The notes: generated by a model not told the origin, from the letters alone. Positions 1 to 9,382 are shown, counted from the stretch's first letter. The stretch is DNA of 64,000 nucleotides from Candidatus Latescibacterota bacterium (GCA_965215195.1 CBDCDC010000002.1:2016001-2080000), one strand, 5' to 3'. A program made the numbers and translations.

Positions 1-2
1 TG

Positions 3-512
3 GGTAGTGGACCTCATCTCGACTTCAATCACTTCATAGCCGCCGTTAGAGCGGACATGACGGACCACGGCATCAAGTGGACAAGCAAGCGGAAGAAGCT
101 GCTTCATACCTCGCTGGCGCAGCGGGAGGAAGCGGCCGAGCCGGTACTCGACAAGGTTCACAAGAAGGGCACCTCTGCCGACCCCTTGCGCGGCCTATTT
201 TCGGCTTCCATCAATGGCAAATCCGCCGTGGTGGAATACGCGCCCGACAGCGAGTTGCGGGACACCGAGCAGATACCTCTCGCCGAAGTAGGCGGGATTG
301 CGGCCTTCCTCAAGCGCGAGGTTTTGCCCTATGCCCCTGATGCTTGGTACGTGCCAAACAGCGTCAAGATCGGCTATGAGATCAGCTTCACCCGCTACTT
401 CTACAAGCCGCAGCCGTTGCGCCCGCTGGCGGAGATCCGGGCGGAGATTCGAGCATTGGAGCGGGAGGCAGAGGGGCTACTGGCGGAGATTATTGGGGAC
501 AGCGGCAAATGA
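3..512 (+). CDS. hsdM: Type I RM methyltransferase subunit, C-terminal part (5' end outside window)
   Basis: Frame open from window start; C-terminal ELRDTEQIPL...KIGYEISFTRYFYKPQPLRPLAEIRAEI typical of HsdM; hsdS and hsdR downstream. Confidence 0.9.
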   Translation, partial: GSGPHLDFNHFIAAVRADMTDHGIKWTSKRKKLLHTSLAQREEAAEPVLDKVHKKGTSADPLRGLFSASINGKSAVVEYAPDSELRDTEQIPLAEVGGIAAFLKREVLPYAPDAWYVPNSVKIGYEISFTRYFYKPQPLRPLAEIRAEIRALEREAEGLLAEIIGDSGK

Positions 513-681
513 CAGAACGATTCGCTATCACGCCGTTTCTGGCCTAGAATGCGCCTGTCTTGCTCTTGAGGTATTACGTCATTCGTAATAGGGTCCTTTC
601 TTGGGCAACTCTTGAAACATCTGGATCGATAATCGTGGTGCAGAGTAGGGAAACGGAGAGGCTGTTAAATCAAAACATAAT

Positions 682-753
682 AGGAGCCTAAAATGAAATG
701 GATAACTCTATTCAAGAAGGAGCATAAAATGAAACTGATAACTCTATTCAAGG
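682..753 (+). repeat. 36-bp tandem duplication of RBS plus first codons
   Basis: aggagcctaaaatgaaatggataactctattcaaga / aggagcataaaatgaaactgataactctattcaagg; ATGs at 693 and 729. Confidence 0.9.
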
Positions 754-1211
754 ATTTCCGTTTGGAGAAGATAAAACTTGGTCCAAGTGGAGCAGCGGTG
801 GAGATATCCTTCGAGCCGGATGACAAAGATGCCGCTTGGGAGTTGTATGTCGAGATGCTGACCCGGATCGTCACTCAACCCCTGCCTTCTGAAGCGGGAG
901 ACGAAAAGACGGCTCTGGACAGCATTTATGCACTTTTCGGAATCACCCGCGAGATTCTGCGCCGACGTGGGCGTGGAACGATACAGTTCAGCAAGGTTGC
1001 GATACCAGTACTGAACCAAGTAGTGCGGCCTTTTACTGCAAAGTGGCACAAAGAGAGTCTGGCAGGGGCTTTCAATAACGAGAGCAAACGAAAAGAATTT
1101 CGTGAAGAACTGGCGGCATTGCAGGAAGAGTTACGCAACTACAATCGTATGCTGGCAGATATTGCCGGAGTAGAAGATTTGACCGATTTGGAACGAACAG
1201 CACCCGAATGA
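693..1211 (+). CDS. Hypothetical alpha-helical protein (alternative start 729)
   Basis: 172-aa ORF with AGGAG RBS; AAWELYVEMLTR and RPFTAKWH segments; first gene of the low-GC cassette. Confidence 0.8.
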   Translation: MKWITLFKKEHKMKLITLFKDFRLEKIKLGPSGAAVEISFEPDDKDAAWELYVEMLTRIVTQPLPSEAGDEKTALDSIYALFGITREILRRRGRGTIQFSKVAIPVLNQVVRPFTAKWHKESLAGAFNNESKRKEFREELAALQEELRNYNRMLADIAGVEDLTDLERTAPE

Positions 1212-1242
1212 GGTAAACGGTTCAAAAAAGGAGTCTAACGTT

Positions 1243-1719
1243 ATGGCTGATGAAACGAAAAACATCTTCATAAGTCACGTCCACGAAGATGATGAAGGTC
1301 TTGGCAAGCTCAAGAGCCTGCTGAAGGACAATGGAATGACCACCCGGGACTATTCAGTCACCGCAGATAACCCCAACAATGCCCATTCAGAGGGCTACAT
1401 CAAGTCCGAGATTCTTGCACCGCGCATTCGACAATCAAGTACATTAGCTGTTTATATTTCTCCCGAAACTAAAAGTAGTTCTTGGGTGGACTGGGAGATT
1501 GAGTATGCCCATAAACAAGACAAACGGATTGTAGGAGTCTGGGCACACGGCGAAGCCGGCTGCGAAGTCCCGAAAGCATTGGACAAATATGCCGACGCTG
1601 TAGTTGGTTGGACAGGAAACCGCATCATCGGCGCGATAAACGGAAAAATCAATGGTTGGGAAAATCCGGATGGCACAAAAAGAGAACCGCGTACCATATG
1701 TCGGTATAGCTGTGGTTAG
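1243..1719 (+). CDS. TIR-like domain protein (ThsB/MTH538/DUF1863-like)
   Basis: IFISH N-terminal strand; SSWVDWEIEYA with the catalytic Glu; AGGAG RBS. Confidence 0.88.
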   Translation: MADETKNIFISHVHEDDEGLGKLKSLLKDNGMTTRDYSVTADNPNNAHSEGYIKSEILAPRIRQSSTLAVYISPETKSSSWVDWEIEYAHKQDKRIVGVWAHGEAGCEVPKALDKYADAVVGWTGNRIIGAINGKINGWENPDGTKREPRTICRYSCG

Positions 1720-1729
1720 GAACGCCAAT

Positions 1730-2335
1730 ATGAAACTATTCTCTTATGTCGTCGCTCGTGACTATGGCTTTGCGCCCAATCCTTTTTTTGGAATATGCAC
1801 TTTGGCTACGTGCAAGCCAAAAATCCGAAAGCCAGCCTCCATAGGAGACTGGATTATCGGTACTGGCAGTAAGCCAAAAGGCCGACGAGGTTATCTCGTT
1901 TATGCCATGTGCGTAACTGAAACAATGACATTTAATGAATATTGGAGAGACGAACGGTTCCAAAGGAAAAAACCGAACCTGCGAGGAAGCATGAAGCAGG
2001 CATTCGGAGATAATATCTATTTCAAGGATGATGTTGGTGAGTGGCATCAGCAGGATTCTCATCATAGCTGCAAGGACGGATCGCCTAACCTGCATAACAT
2101 TCGCAACGATACACAGACGGACAGAGTCCTGCTCAGCAAAGAATACGCATATTGGGGCGGCTCAGGGCCTGAAATTCCCTCAGAATTCAGGAACTATGGC
2201 GGATGCGATATCTGCTTCAAACGGGGCCACAAGTGCAGGTTTCCAGAGGATCTAGTCAATGACTTTGTCGCTTGGTTTCGCTCTCTGGACGTAAACGGTT
2301 ATCTCGGTGAGCCTTTAGACTGGAGGACACCATGA
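1730..2335 (+). CDS. Nucleotide modification associated domain 2 (Nmad2) protein
   Basis: MKLFSYVVARDYGFAPNPFFGICTLATCKPKIR and GDNIY motifs match Nmad2 as recalled; start placed at ATG 1730. Confidence 0.8.
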   Translation: MKLFSYVVARDYGFAPNPFFGICTLATCKPKIRKPASIGDWIIGTGSKPKGRRGYLVYAMCVTETMTFNEYWRDERFQRKKPNLRGSMKQAFGDNIYFKDDVGEWHQQDSHHSCKDGSPNLHNIRNDTQTDRVLLSKEYAYWGGSGPEIPSEFRNYGGCDICFKRGHKCRFPEDLVNDFVAWFRSLDVNGYLGEPLDWRTP

Positions 2336-3507
2336 CAAGCGAGCTAGCTCCCAAGGACCAGCGAAACAAAACGGCTTCGGAGGGCACAATTCTCCTGCGC
2401 GACTATATGCGAGAGGTTAAGCCCACCGATAAACTTCCTCAAGGCAATCTGGAACCGGTTTTGATGGGGCTGTTTGGCGAGGTTGGGAGTATCATGGCAA
2501 CCGCCAAGAAGTACCACCGGGAAAAAGCAGCATACGCCGGATACCAGCAGGCGGTAGAGGAGGAGTTCGGTGATGCTCTTTGGTACTTTACTACATTGTG
2601 CCGGCGTCTTGGTATTGGTGTTGACATTATCCTCTCCGAAGCGGTAGATCAAGATAGATACAGCAAATTCATTGCTGCAAGCGACCTCTTGGATGGTCCA
2701 GTTTCTCATATCTCGTCAGTCATTAAATCGTCTGATCTCGACAAGACGCTCCTAAATTTGGGAAAGGCAACTGCGGCGTTGCTTGGCATCAAGAGGTTGG
2801 ATAAACAGACGTGCGATTTGCTGCGCACGTTCTCAGATTGCTATTTACAGGCACTTCAAACCGCCCAAGTGAGCTTTTCCAAGGTCGCTCGTATGAACAT
2901 CGCAAAGGTGCGCGGGCGTTTTCTCGATCCTGATCCATCAACATTACCAACATTCGACAGTGACTTCCCGGATGATGAGAGGCTCCCCCTGCACTTCGAG
3001 ATCAAAATCACTCAACGAAAAAGTGGACGAAGTTACTTGCAATGGAATGGTGTATTCATCGGCGATCCACTCACAGACAACATCATCCAATCGGACGGCT
3101 ACCGATTCCATGATGTGTTTCATCTTGCTCATGCTGCTATCCTTCACTGGTCTCCTACCTTTCGAGATCTGATAAAGCATAAACGAAAGAGCAATAGAAA
3201 AGTCGACGAGGCTCAGGATGGTGGCAGAGCGATTGTTATAGAGGAAGGACTTACCGCGTGGATATTTTCGTGCGCTAAATATCTCAATTTTTTTGAGGGA
3301 AAGACCAGTGTCTCATTTGACTTGTTAAAGACCGTTTGGCAGTTCGCGCAGGGATACGAAGTGGAGAAGTGTCCTCTTAAGCTATGGGAACAGGCTATCT
3401 TGGAAGGATATGAAGTCTTCAGACAAGTACGGGACAATAACGGTGGAATCGTGATTGGGAACCGCGAGACTCGTACCATCGAGTATAAGCCAATTGATGG
3501 AGAATAG
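2332..3507 (+). CDS. MazG-like NTP pyrophosphohydrolase with MazG C-terminal domain
   Basis: GLFGEVGS...EEEFGDALWY MazG motif; C-terminal DGYRFHDVFH (DxYRxHDxxH); ATGA overlap with upstream stop. Confidence 0.85.
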   Translation: MTSELAPKDQRNKTASEGTILLRDYMREVKPTDKLPQGNLEPVLMGLFGEVGSIMATAKKYHREKAAYAGYQQAVEEEFGDALWYFTTLCRRLGIGVDIILSEAVDQDRYSKFIAASDLLDGPVSHISSVIKSSDLDKTLLNLGKATAALLGIKRLDKQTCDLLRTFSDCYLQALQTAQVSFSKVARMNIAKVRGRFLDPDPSTLPTFDSDFPDDERLPLHFEIKITQRKSGRSYLQWNGVFIGDPLTDNIIQSDGYRFHDVFHLAHAAILHWSPTFRDLIKHKRKSNRKVDEAQDGGRAIVIEEGLTAWIFSCAKYLNFFEGKTSVSFDLLKTVWQFAQGYEVEKCPLKLWEQAILEGYEVFRQVRDNNGGIVIGNRETRTIEYKPIDGE

Positions 3508-3510
3508 AGC

Positions 3511-4179
3511 GTGAACCCGGTGCAATTTGTAGAGGAATTGCGTAAGCTGAAATTTGAGAATTCCTTTAACCCTTACTCAAATCGCTGTGTCGTTCACGAC
3601 CTAGATGATGCACCGCAACGTCGCTTACAAACATTATTGACTGTACTTGAGGCTGCAACAAAACAGGATATTGATTCTATATGGATTGGGCGCGATCTTG
3701 GCTATCGCGGCGGGAGACGAACAGGGCTTGCTTTAACAGACGATGCGCATATTCACGAATACGCCGCACGGTGGGGGTTATCTGTTCAGAGGCCTACCAA
3801 AGGCGAGATAGCCGCTGAGCGGACCGCTGCTGTCATCTGGAGTGTTCTCTCACAAATTGAGGTATCTGTTTTTCTCTGGAATGTCTTCCCATTACACCCT
3901 CACGAACCTGATAATCCTTTTAGTAATCGATCTCATAATTCTCTTGAGCGCAGGACCGGGGAGAAATTTCTCTCTCACCTCATCCTTCTTCTGAAGCCGT
4001 ACCGACTGGTTGCAATCGGCAATGATGCAGCGCGAACAGCACATCGCTTAAACTGTCAACACAGAGTTGTTCAAGTACGGCATCCTAGCTTTGGTGGACA
4101 GACACAATTTTTAGCACAAATGTGTAAATTGTACAATCTGCAATCAGATCTTTTTCAAATCTCTCCACACTCTTTTTAG
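3511..4179 (+). CDS. Uracil-DNA glycosylase superfamily protein
   Basis: IGRDLGYRGGRRTGLALTD, LWNVFPLHP and VRHPSFGG motifs. Confidence 0.82.
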   Translation: MNPVQFVEELRKLKFENSFNPYSNRCVVHDLDDAPQRRLQTLLTVLEAATKQDIDSIWIGRDLGYRGGRRTGLALTDDAHIHEYAARWGLSVQRPTKGEIAAERTAAVIWSVLSQIEVSVFLWNVFPLHPHEPDNPFSNRSHNSLERRTGEKFLSHLILLLKPYRLVAIGNDAARTAHRLNCQHRVVQVRHPSFGGQTQFLAQMCKLYNLQSDLFQISPHSF

Positions 4180-4221
4180 TTGACTATTCCTCGGATATTG
4201 AGAAGAGGAATATGAAACCTA

Positions 4222-5568
4222 ATGATTGACTCCAATCTCAAACCCTATCCGAACTATAAGCCCTCCAGCGTTGAGTGGCTAGGCGACGTGCCGGCGCATT
4301 GGGAGGTGACTCGGTTGAAATACCTCCTATCGGAGCGCGATGCCCGTTCTGTTGATGGAAGCGAGCAATTGTTAAGCGTATCTCAACACACAGGCGTCAC
4401 ACAGCGAAAGAAGGTAGATGGGAAGGACGAGGCGGACACTCGGGCAGAGTCTCTGGTAGGATATAAACGTGTTGAATCCGATGACCTCGTAGTGAATATC
4501 ATGCTCGCATGGAATGGCAGCATAGGCGTTTCACGATTCTGTGGCATTGTAAGCCCCTCATACTGTGTTTACAGATTTAAGGAAGGTTTACATCCAGGGT
4601 ATTTTCACTTCTTGCTTCGCTCTCCAACCTACAAAGCACGCATCAAGGCCATTTCCACCGGCATAGTGGAAAGCAGGCTCCGTATGTACACAGATGACCT
4701 TTACCGCCTTGAAGCTCTTCTCCCTCCCCTCCCCGAACAAATCGCCATCGTCCGCTATCTCGACCACGCCGACGAACGCATCCGCCGCTACGTCAGCGGC
4801 AAGCAGAAGCTGATCCGGCTGCTAGAAGAAGAGAAGCAGGCCGTCATCAACCACGCCGTCACCCGCGGCCTCGACCCCAATGTCCGCCTCAAGCCCTCCG
4901 GCGTCGAGTGGCTGGGTGAAGTACCGGCACATTGGGAGATATACCGACTTCGGAATGCAATAGATATGCGAGTAAGCAACGTGGACAAACACGTAAAGGA
5001 GGACGAAAATCCGGTCCGTCTTTGCAACTACGTTGATGTCTACAAGAATGATTACATCAATCAACAGATGAACTTTATGCAGGCAACTGCTACCGATGAG
5101 GAAATCGAGCGTTTTCGGCTTGAGAAAGATGATGTCCTCATCACCAAGGACTCCGAGACTTGGGATGACATTGGAGTGCCAGCACTGGTCACTGAGCCTG
5201 CGTCCGATCTTATTTCAGGCTATCATTTGGCCTTGCTGCGTCCACAAGCTGATGATCTTGCAGGCGGCTACTTGCTTCGTGCTTTGCAGAGTAAAGGGCT
5301 AGCTTATCAGTTCCATATCGAGGCAAAAGGCGTAACCAGATATGGACTCTCCCACGCTGGCATTAAATCGGTGTGGCTCCCTCTGCCACCCCTCCCCGAA
5401 CAAACCGCCATCGTCCGCTATCTCGACAAAGCAACCGCCGCCATCGACACCATCATCAGCCGCGCCCGCCGCCAAATCAAACTGCTCCAAGAATACCGCA
5501 CTCGCCTGATCGCCGATGTGGTGACAGGTCAGGTGGATGTGCGGGCGATGGGCGTTCAGATGCCATGA
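4222..5568 (+). CDS. hsdS: Type I RM specificity subunit
   Basis: Two TRDs, each preceded by KPS(S/G)VEWLG(D/E)VPAHWE and followed by PPLPEQxAIVRYLD; ends LIADVVTGQVDV. Confidence 0.95.
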   Translation: MIDSNLKPYPNYKPSSVEWLGDVPAHWEVTRLKYLLSERDARSVDGSEQLLSVSQHTGVTQRKKVDGKDEADTRAESLVGYKRVESDDLVVNIMLAWNGSIGVSRFCGIVSPSYCVYRFKEGLHPGYFHFLLRSPTYKARIKAISTGIVESRLRMYTDDLYRLEALLPPLPEQIAIVRYLDHADERIRRYVSGKQKLIRLLEEEKQAVINHAVTRGLDPNVRLKPSGVEWLGEVPAHWEIYRLRNAIDMRVSNVDKHVKEDENPVRLCNYVDVYKNDYINQQMNFMQATATDEEIERFRLEKDDVLITKDSETWDDIGVPALVTEPASDLISGYHLALLRPQADDLAGGYLLRALQSKGLAYQFHIEAKGVTRYGLSHAGIKSVWLPLPPLPEQTAIVRYLDKATAAIDTIISRARRQIKLLQEYRTRLIADVVTGQVDVRAMGVQMP

Positions 5569-5629
5569 CGTTGAACATCAGTCGCCTCTTTCATATACTG
5601 CGAATCACAGCATCTGTGAGGATATGACC

Positions 5630-5938
5630 ATGAAGAACATTACCGTATCTATAGATGAAGAAACCCATCGACTCGCCCGTATCCGAGCGGCGGAGTTGGG
5701 CACATCGATGTCGGTGCTGGTCCGAGGCTACCTCAAAACCCTCGTCCATGAGCAAGCCGACGGGACCGAGGCCAATGAACAAGGCACGGAGACCGAATCC
5801 GAATGCCGACGCCGACTGTTGAACGAGGTTTTTGAGGACATCTGTGCCACACGTAGCGGATTTAAGGCGTCCGACAATCTCCCCCGCGAAGCCCTGCACG
5901 ACCGCGATGCGCTTCATTATGCCCACCGACACCACTGA
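5630..5938 (+). CDS. Ribbon-helix-helix (VapB/CopG-like) antitoxin, orphan
   Basis: MKNITVSIDEETHRLARIRAAELGTSMSVLVRGYL; LPREALHDR tail typical of VapB-type antitoxins. Confidence 0.7.
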   Translation: MKNITVSIDEETHRLARIRAAELGTSMSVLVRGYLKTLVHEQADGTEANEQGTETESECRRRLLNEVFEDICATRSGFKASDNLPREALHDRDALHYAHRHH

Positions 5939-8936
5939 ACGCGGACTAGAACGCCTCATCTGCACCACCCTGACCGGCTCGCCCTGCGACCCAGATGCCG
6001 GGCCTGTCGGCGAGGTTGGCGAGCGACCGGCCACCTACGGCGTCGGCTGGCTCTGCGGTGCGCCCGAAGACTACGACCGCGAGTACTGCGTGGACTTGGC
6101 ACAACTTGCAGCTTTTCTAAGAGCGACGCAGGCCGAGGCAGCCGAAGCACTTGACCTCAACCAAAACAGCCCGACCCGGCGCAAGTTTCTGGCCCGACTT
6201 CAAAGCGAGATCAGCAAGCGCGGCACTATTGACGTACTACGCAGCGGCGTCAAGCACGGGCCACGCCACTTCGACCTGTTCTACGGTACGCCCTCGCCGG
6301 GTAACGAGAGGGCTAAGGTGCTCTATGGGCAAAACCGCTTCTCGGTTACGCGGCAATTGCGTTACAGTCGCGCCGAGAGGGGCCTTGCGCTCGATCTATG
6401 CCTCTTCATCAATGGACTGCCAGTGGCCACCTTTGAGCTGAAAAACAGCCTCACCAAGCAGACAGTCGCGGACGCAGTACAGCAGTACAGAAACGACCGC
6501 AACCCACGCGAGCGGCTCTTTGAGTTCGGCCGCTGTCTAGCGCATTTCGCTGTAGATGAGCACGAGGTGCGCTTCTGTACGCACCTCAAGGGCAAGGCGT
6601 CGTGGTTTTTGCCCTTCAATCAAGGCTGGAACGATGGCGCGGGCAATCCGCCCAATCGGCACGGTCTCAAGACGGACTACCTGTGGAAACAGGTCCTCAC
6701 CCGCGACAGCCTGACGGACGTACTTGAAAACTATGCACAGATCGTCGAGACCAAAAAAGAAAAGACGGGGCGCAAAAAGCAGGAGCAAATTTGGCCGCGC
6801 TTCCATCAGCTCGATGTGGTGCGCCGGCTGCTGGCCGATGTCCGCGATAAGGGCGCGGGCCGGCGCTATCTGATCCAGCATTCGGCCGGTAGCGGCAAGT
6901 CCAACTCCATCGCTTGGCTTGCTCATCGACTGATCAACTTGGCAAAGGACGATGAGAGGGTATTCGACTCAATCATCGTCGTCACAGATCGACGCCTCCT
7001 CGACCAGCAAATCCGCGATACCATCAAGCAGTTTGCCCAAGTCAGTGCAACGGTGGGCCACGCCGGGCGTTCGGGCGATCTGCGCCAGTTTATCACTGAG
7101 GGCAAAAAGATCATCATCTCTACGGTGCAGAAATTCCCGTTCATCCTCGACGAGGTCGGCAGCGAACATCGCGGGCGCACCTTCGCCATTATCATCGACG
7201 AAGCGCACTCCAGCCAAGGCGGCCGAACATCTGCGAAGATGTCGCAGGTGCTCTCAGAGGCCGGGGAGGCGGAAGAGGACGAAACCGTTGAGGACAAGGT
7301 CAACCGGATGATGGAGGCCCGGAAACTGCTTTCCAACGCAAGCTACTTCGCCTTCACAGCCACGCCCAAGAACAAAACGCTGGAAATTTTTGGCACTCCG
7401 AAGCCGCAGGCCAACGGCGTGATCCGCCACCTGCCCTTCCATAGCTACACCATGAAGCAAGCAATACAGGAAGGCTTCATCTTGGATGTGCTCCGACACT
7501 ACGCGCCTGTCGAGAGCTACTACAAACTGGTCAAGAAAATTGAAGACGACCCCGATTTTGACACTAAACGCGCACAGAAAAAGTTGCGCCGCTATGTCGA
7601 AAGCCACGACTATGCGATCCGGCTCAAAGCCGAGATCATGGTGGATCACTTTCACGAGCAGGTGGCCCAGTGCCGCAAGGTCGGGGGCGCGGCGCGGGCG
7701 ATGGTGGTGACCGGCGGCATTGAGCGGGCGATTCAGTACTATCACGCGCTCTCCGAGTATCTAGTCGAGCGCAAAAGCCCTTATCGTGCCATTGTCGCCT
7801 TTTCGGGTGAGCACGAGTACGGTGGGCAGAAAATTACCGAGGCGTCGCTCAACGGCTTTCCGGCGATCCAGATCGCCGCCAAAATTCAGGAAGATCCGTA
7901 TCGCTTCCTAATCTGCGCCGATAAGTTTCAGACGGGGTACGACGAGCCGCTGCTGCATACCATGTACGTGGACAAGGTGCTCGCGGGTGTCAAGGCGGTG
8001 CAGACCTTGTCGCGCCTCAATCGCGCCCACCCGAAGAAGCACGACGTATTTGTGCTCGATTTCATCAACAAGACCGACATCATCCGCGAATCGTTTGCGC
8101 CCTATTACCGGACTACGATGCTCGCCGATGAGACCGACCCCAACAAACTGCACGATCTCAAGGCGGACCTCGATAGCTACCAAGTCTATGCTCCGGCGCA
8201 GATTGACCAGCTTGTAGAGCACTACCTCGGCGGGGCTAACCGCGACCGTCTCGACCCGATCCTCGACTCCTGCGTAGCGGCCTATCGCGAGCAGCTCGGC
8301 GAGGATGGCCAAGTGGACTTCAAGGCCAAGGCCAAGGCGTTTTTGCGTACCTATGGGTTCTTGTCCTCGATTCTCTCTTATGCCAACGCCGAGTGGGAGA
8401 AGTGCTCTATCTTTTTGGAATTTCTCATCCCTAAGCTGCCGGCCCCCATTGAGGAGGACTTGGCGAAAGGGATCCTCGAATCCATCGACATGGATAGCTA
8501 CCGCGTGGAGAAGCAGGCGGTAAAGAACATCCAGCTTGCTGACGAGGATGCCGAAATTGATCCGCTGCCGACCACGGGCGGTGCCCGCAAGTCGGTACCC
8601 GAACTCGACCGCCTTTCGCAGATCCTCAAGACCTTCAACGACTTATTCGGCAATATCTCGTGGACCGACACTGATCGCGTTCATAGATTGATCACCGAAG
8701 ACATTCCCAACCGCGTCGCCGCCGATGCGGCCTTCCAGAACGCTAGGAAGAATTCCGATGCACAAAACGCCCGCATCGAACACGATAAGGCACTGGTGCG
8801 CGTGATGACGGCCCTGCTCCAAGACGACGCGCAGCTCTTCAAGCAGTTTATGGACAACGAGGCGTTCCAGCGCTGGATGAAGGACGCGGTGTTTGGGCTG
8901 ACCTATGCACCTTCCGCAGACGCTGAAGCTATCTAA
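5919..8936 (+). CDS. hsdR: Type I RM restriction subunit
   Basis: FELKN nuclease motif, QHSAGSGKS Walker A, IIDEAH, FTATP, QTGYDEP, QTLSRLNR; start may be 5907 or 5919. Confidence 0.96.
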   Translation: MPTDTTERGLERLICTTLTGSPCDPDAGPVGEVGERPATYGVGWLCGAPEDYDREYCVDLAQLAAFLRATQAEAAEALDLNQNSPTRRKFLARLQSEISKRGTIDVLRSGVKHGPRHFDLFYGTPSPGNERAKVLYGQNRFSVTRQLRYSRAERGLALDLCLFINGLPVATFELKNSLTKQTVADAVQQYRNDRNPRERLFEFGRCLAHFAVDEHEVRFCTHLKGKASWFLPFNQGWNDGAGNPPNRHGLKTDYLWKQVLTRDSLTDVLENYAQIVETKKEKTGRKKQEQIWPRFHQLDVVRRLLADVRDKGAGRRYLIQHSAGSGKSNSIAWLAHRLINLAKDDERVFDSIIVVTDRRLLDQQIRDTIKQFAQVSATVGHAGRSGDLRQFITEGKKIIISTVQKFPFILDEVGSEHRGRTFAIIIDEAHSSQGGRTSAKMSQVLSEAGEAEEDETVEDKVNRMMEARKLLSNASYFAFTATPKNKTLEIFGTPKPQANGVIRHLPFHSYTMKQAIQEGFILDVLRHYAPVESYYKLVKKIEDDPDFDTKRAQKKLRRYVESHDYAIRLKAEIMVDHFHEQVAQCRKVGGAARAMVVTGGIERAIQYYHALSEYLVERKSPYRAIVAFSGEHEYGGQKITEASLNGFPAIQIAAKIQEDPYRFLICADKFQTGYDEPLLHTMYVDKVLAGVKAVQTLSRLNRAHPKKHDVFVLDFINKTDIIRESFAPYYRTTMLADETDPNKLHDLKADLDSYQVYAPAQIDQLVEHYLGGANRDRLDPILDSCVAAYREQLGEDGQVDFKAKAKAFLRTYGFLSSILSYANAEWEKCSIFLEFLIPKLPAPIEEDLAKGILESIDMDSYRVEKQAVKNIQLADEDAEIDPLPTTGGARKSVPELDRLSQILKTFNDLFGNISWTDTDRVHRLITEDIPNRVAADAAFQNARKNSDAQNARIEHDKALVRVMTALLQDDAQLFKQFMDNEAFQRWMKDAVFGLTYAPSADAEAI

Positions 8937-8950
8937 CCCAAGGAGCGAAT

Positions 8951-9382
8951 ATGATCCTAAGAAAACTGTTGTTCGGCCCCCCTCCCTCGGCCGGCATTGG
9001 CTACTCACTGGGGCTACTGCTGTTGAGGGTGACCGTCGGTGGCATGATGCTGGCCGGTCACGGCTGGGGCAAGTTGACCAGCTTTGCGGAGCGTTCTTCC
9101 TCGTTCCCCGACCCCTTGGGCATCGGATCGTCCCTGAGCATGGCCTTGGCCACCGGTGCCGAAGCATTTTGCGCCCTAGCGGTGATTTTGGGATTCGCCA
9201 CCCGCTGGGCTGTCGTGCCGCTCATGGTCACCATGCTAGTGGCCGCGCTTATCGTACACGGGGACGATCCTTGGGCGAAAAAGGAATTCGCCCTATTGTA
9301 CTTTTTCCCCTTTGCCGCGTTGCTTCTAACGGGCGCGGGGTGCTACTCCCTCGACGCCTTCTTCCGGCGCGGGGCGCGTTAA
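8951..9382 (+). CDS. DoxX family membrane protein
   Basis: LLLLRV..G...HGWGK, FPDPLGIG, GAGCYSLD. Confidence 0.88.
   Translation: MILRKLLFGPPPSAGIGYSLGLLLLRVTVGGMMLAGHGWGKLTSFAERSSSFPDPLGIGSSLSMALATGAEAFCALAVILGFATRWAVVPLMVTMLVAALIVHGDDPWAKKEFALLYFFPFAALLLTGAGCYSLDAFFRRGAR

Noticed and set aside
509-680. Short ORF ATGA-coupled to the hsdM stop
   Set aside because: Only 12 codons with no recognisable similarity; possibly an insertion scar but unsupported.
1243-1719. Calling the locus canonical Thoeris
   Set aside because: No ThsA (SIR2-SLOG or TM-Macro) is adjacent; only the TIR is shared.
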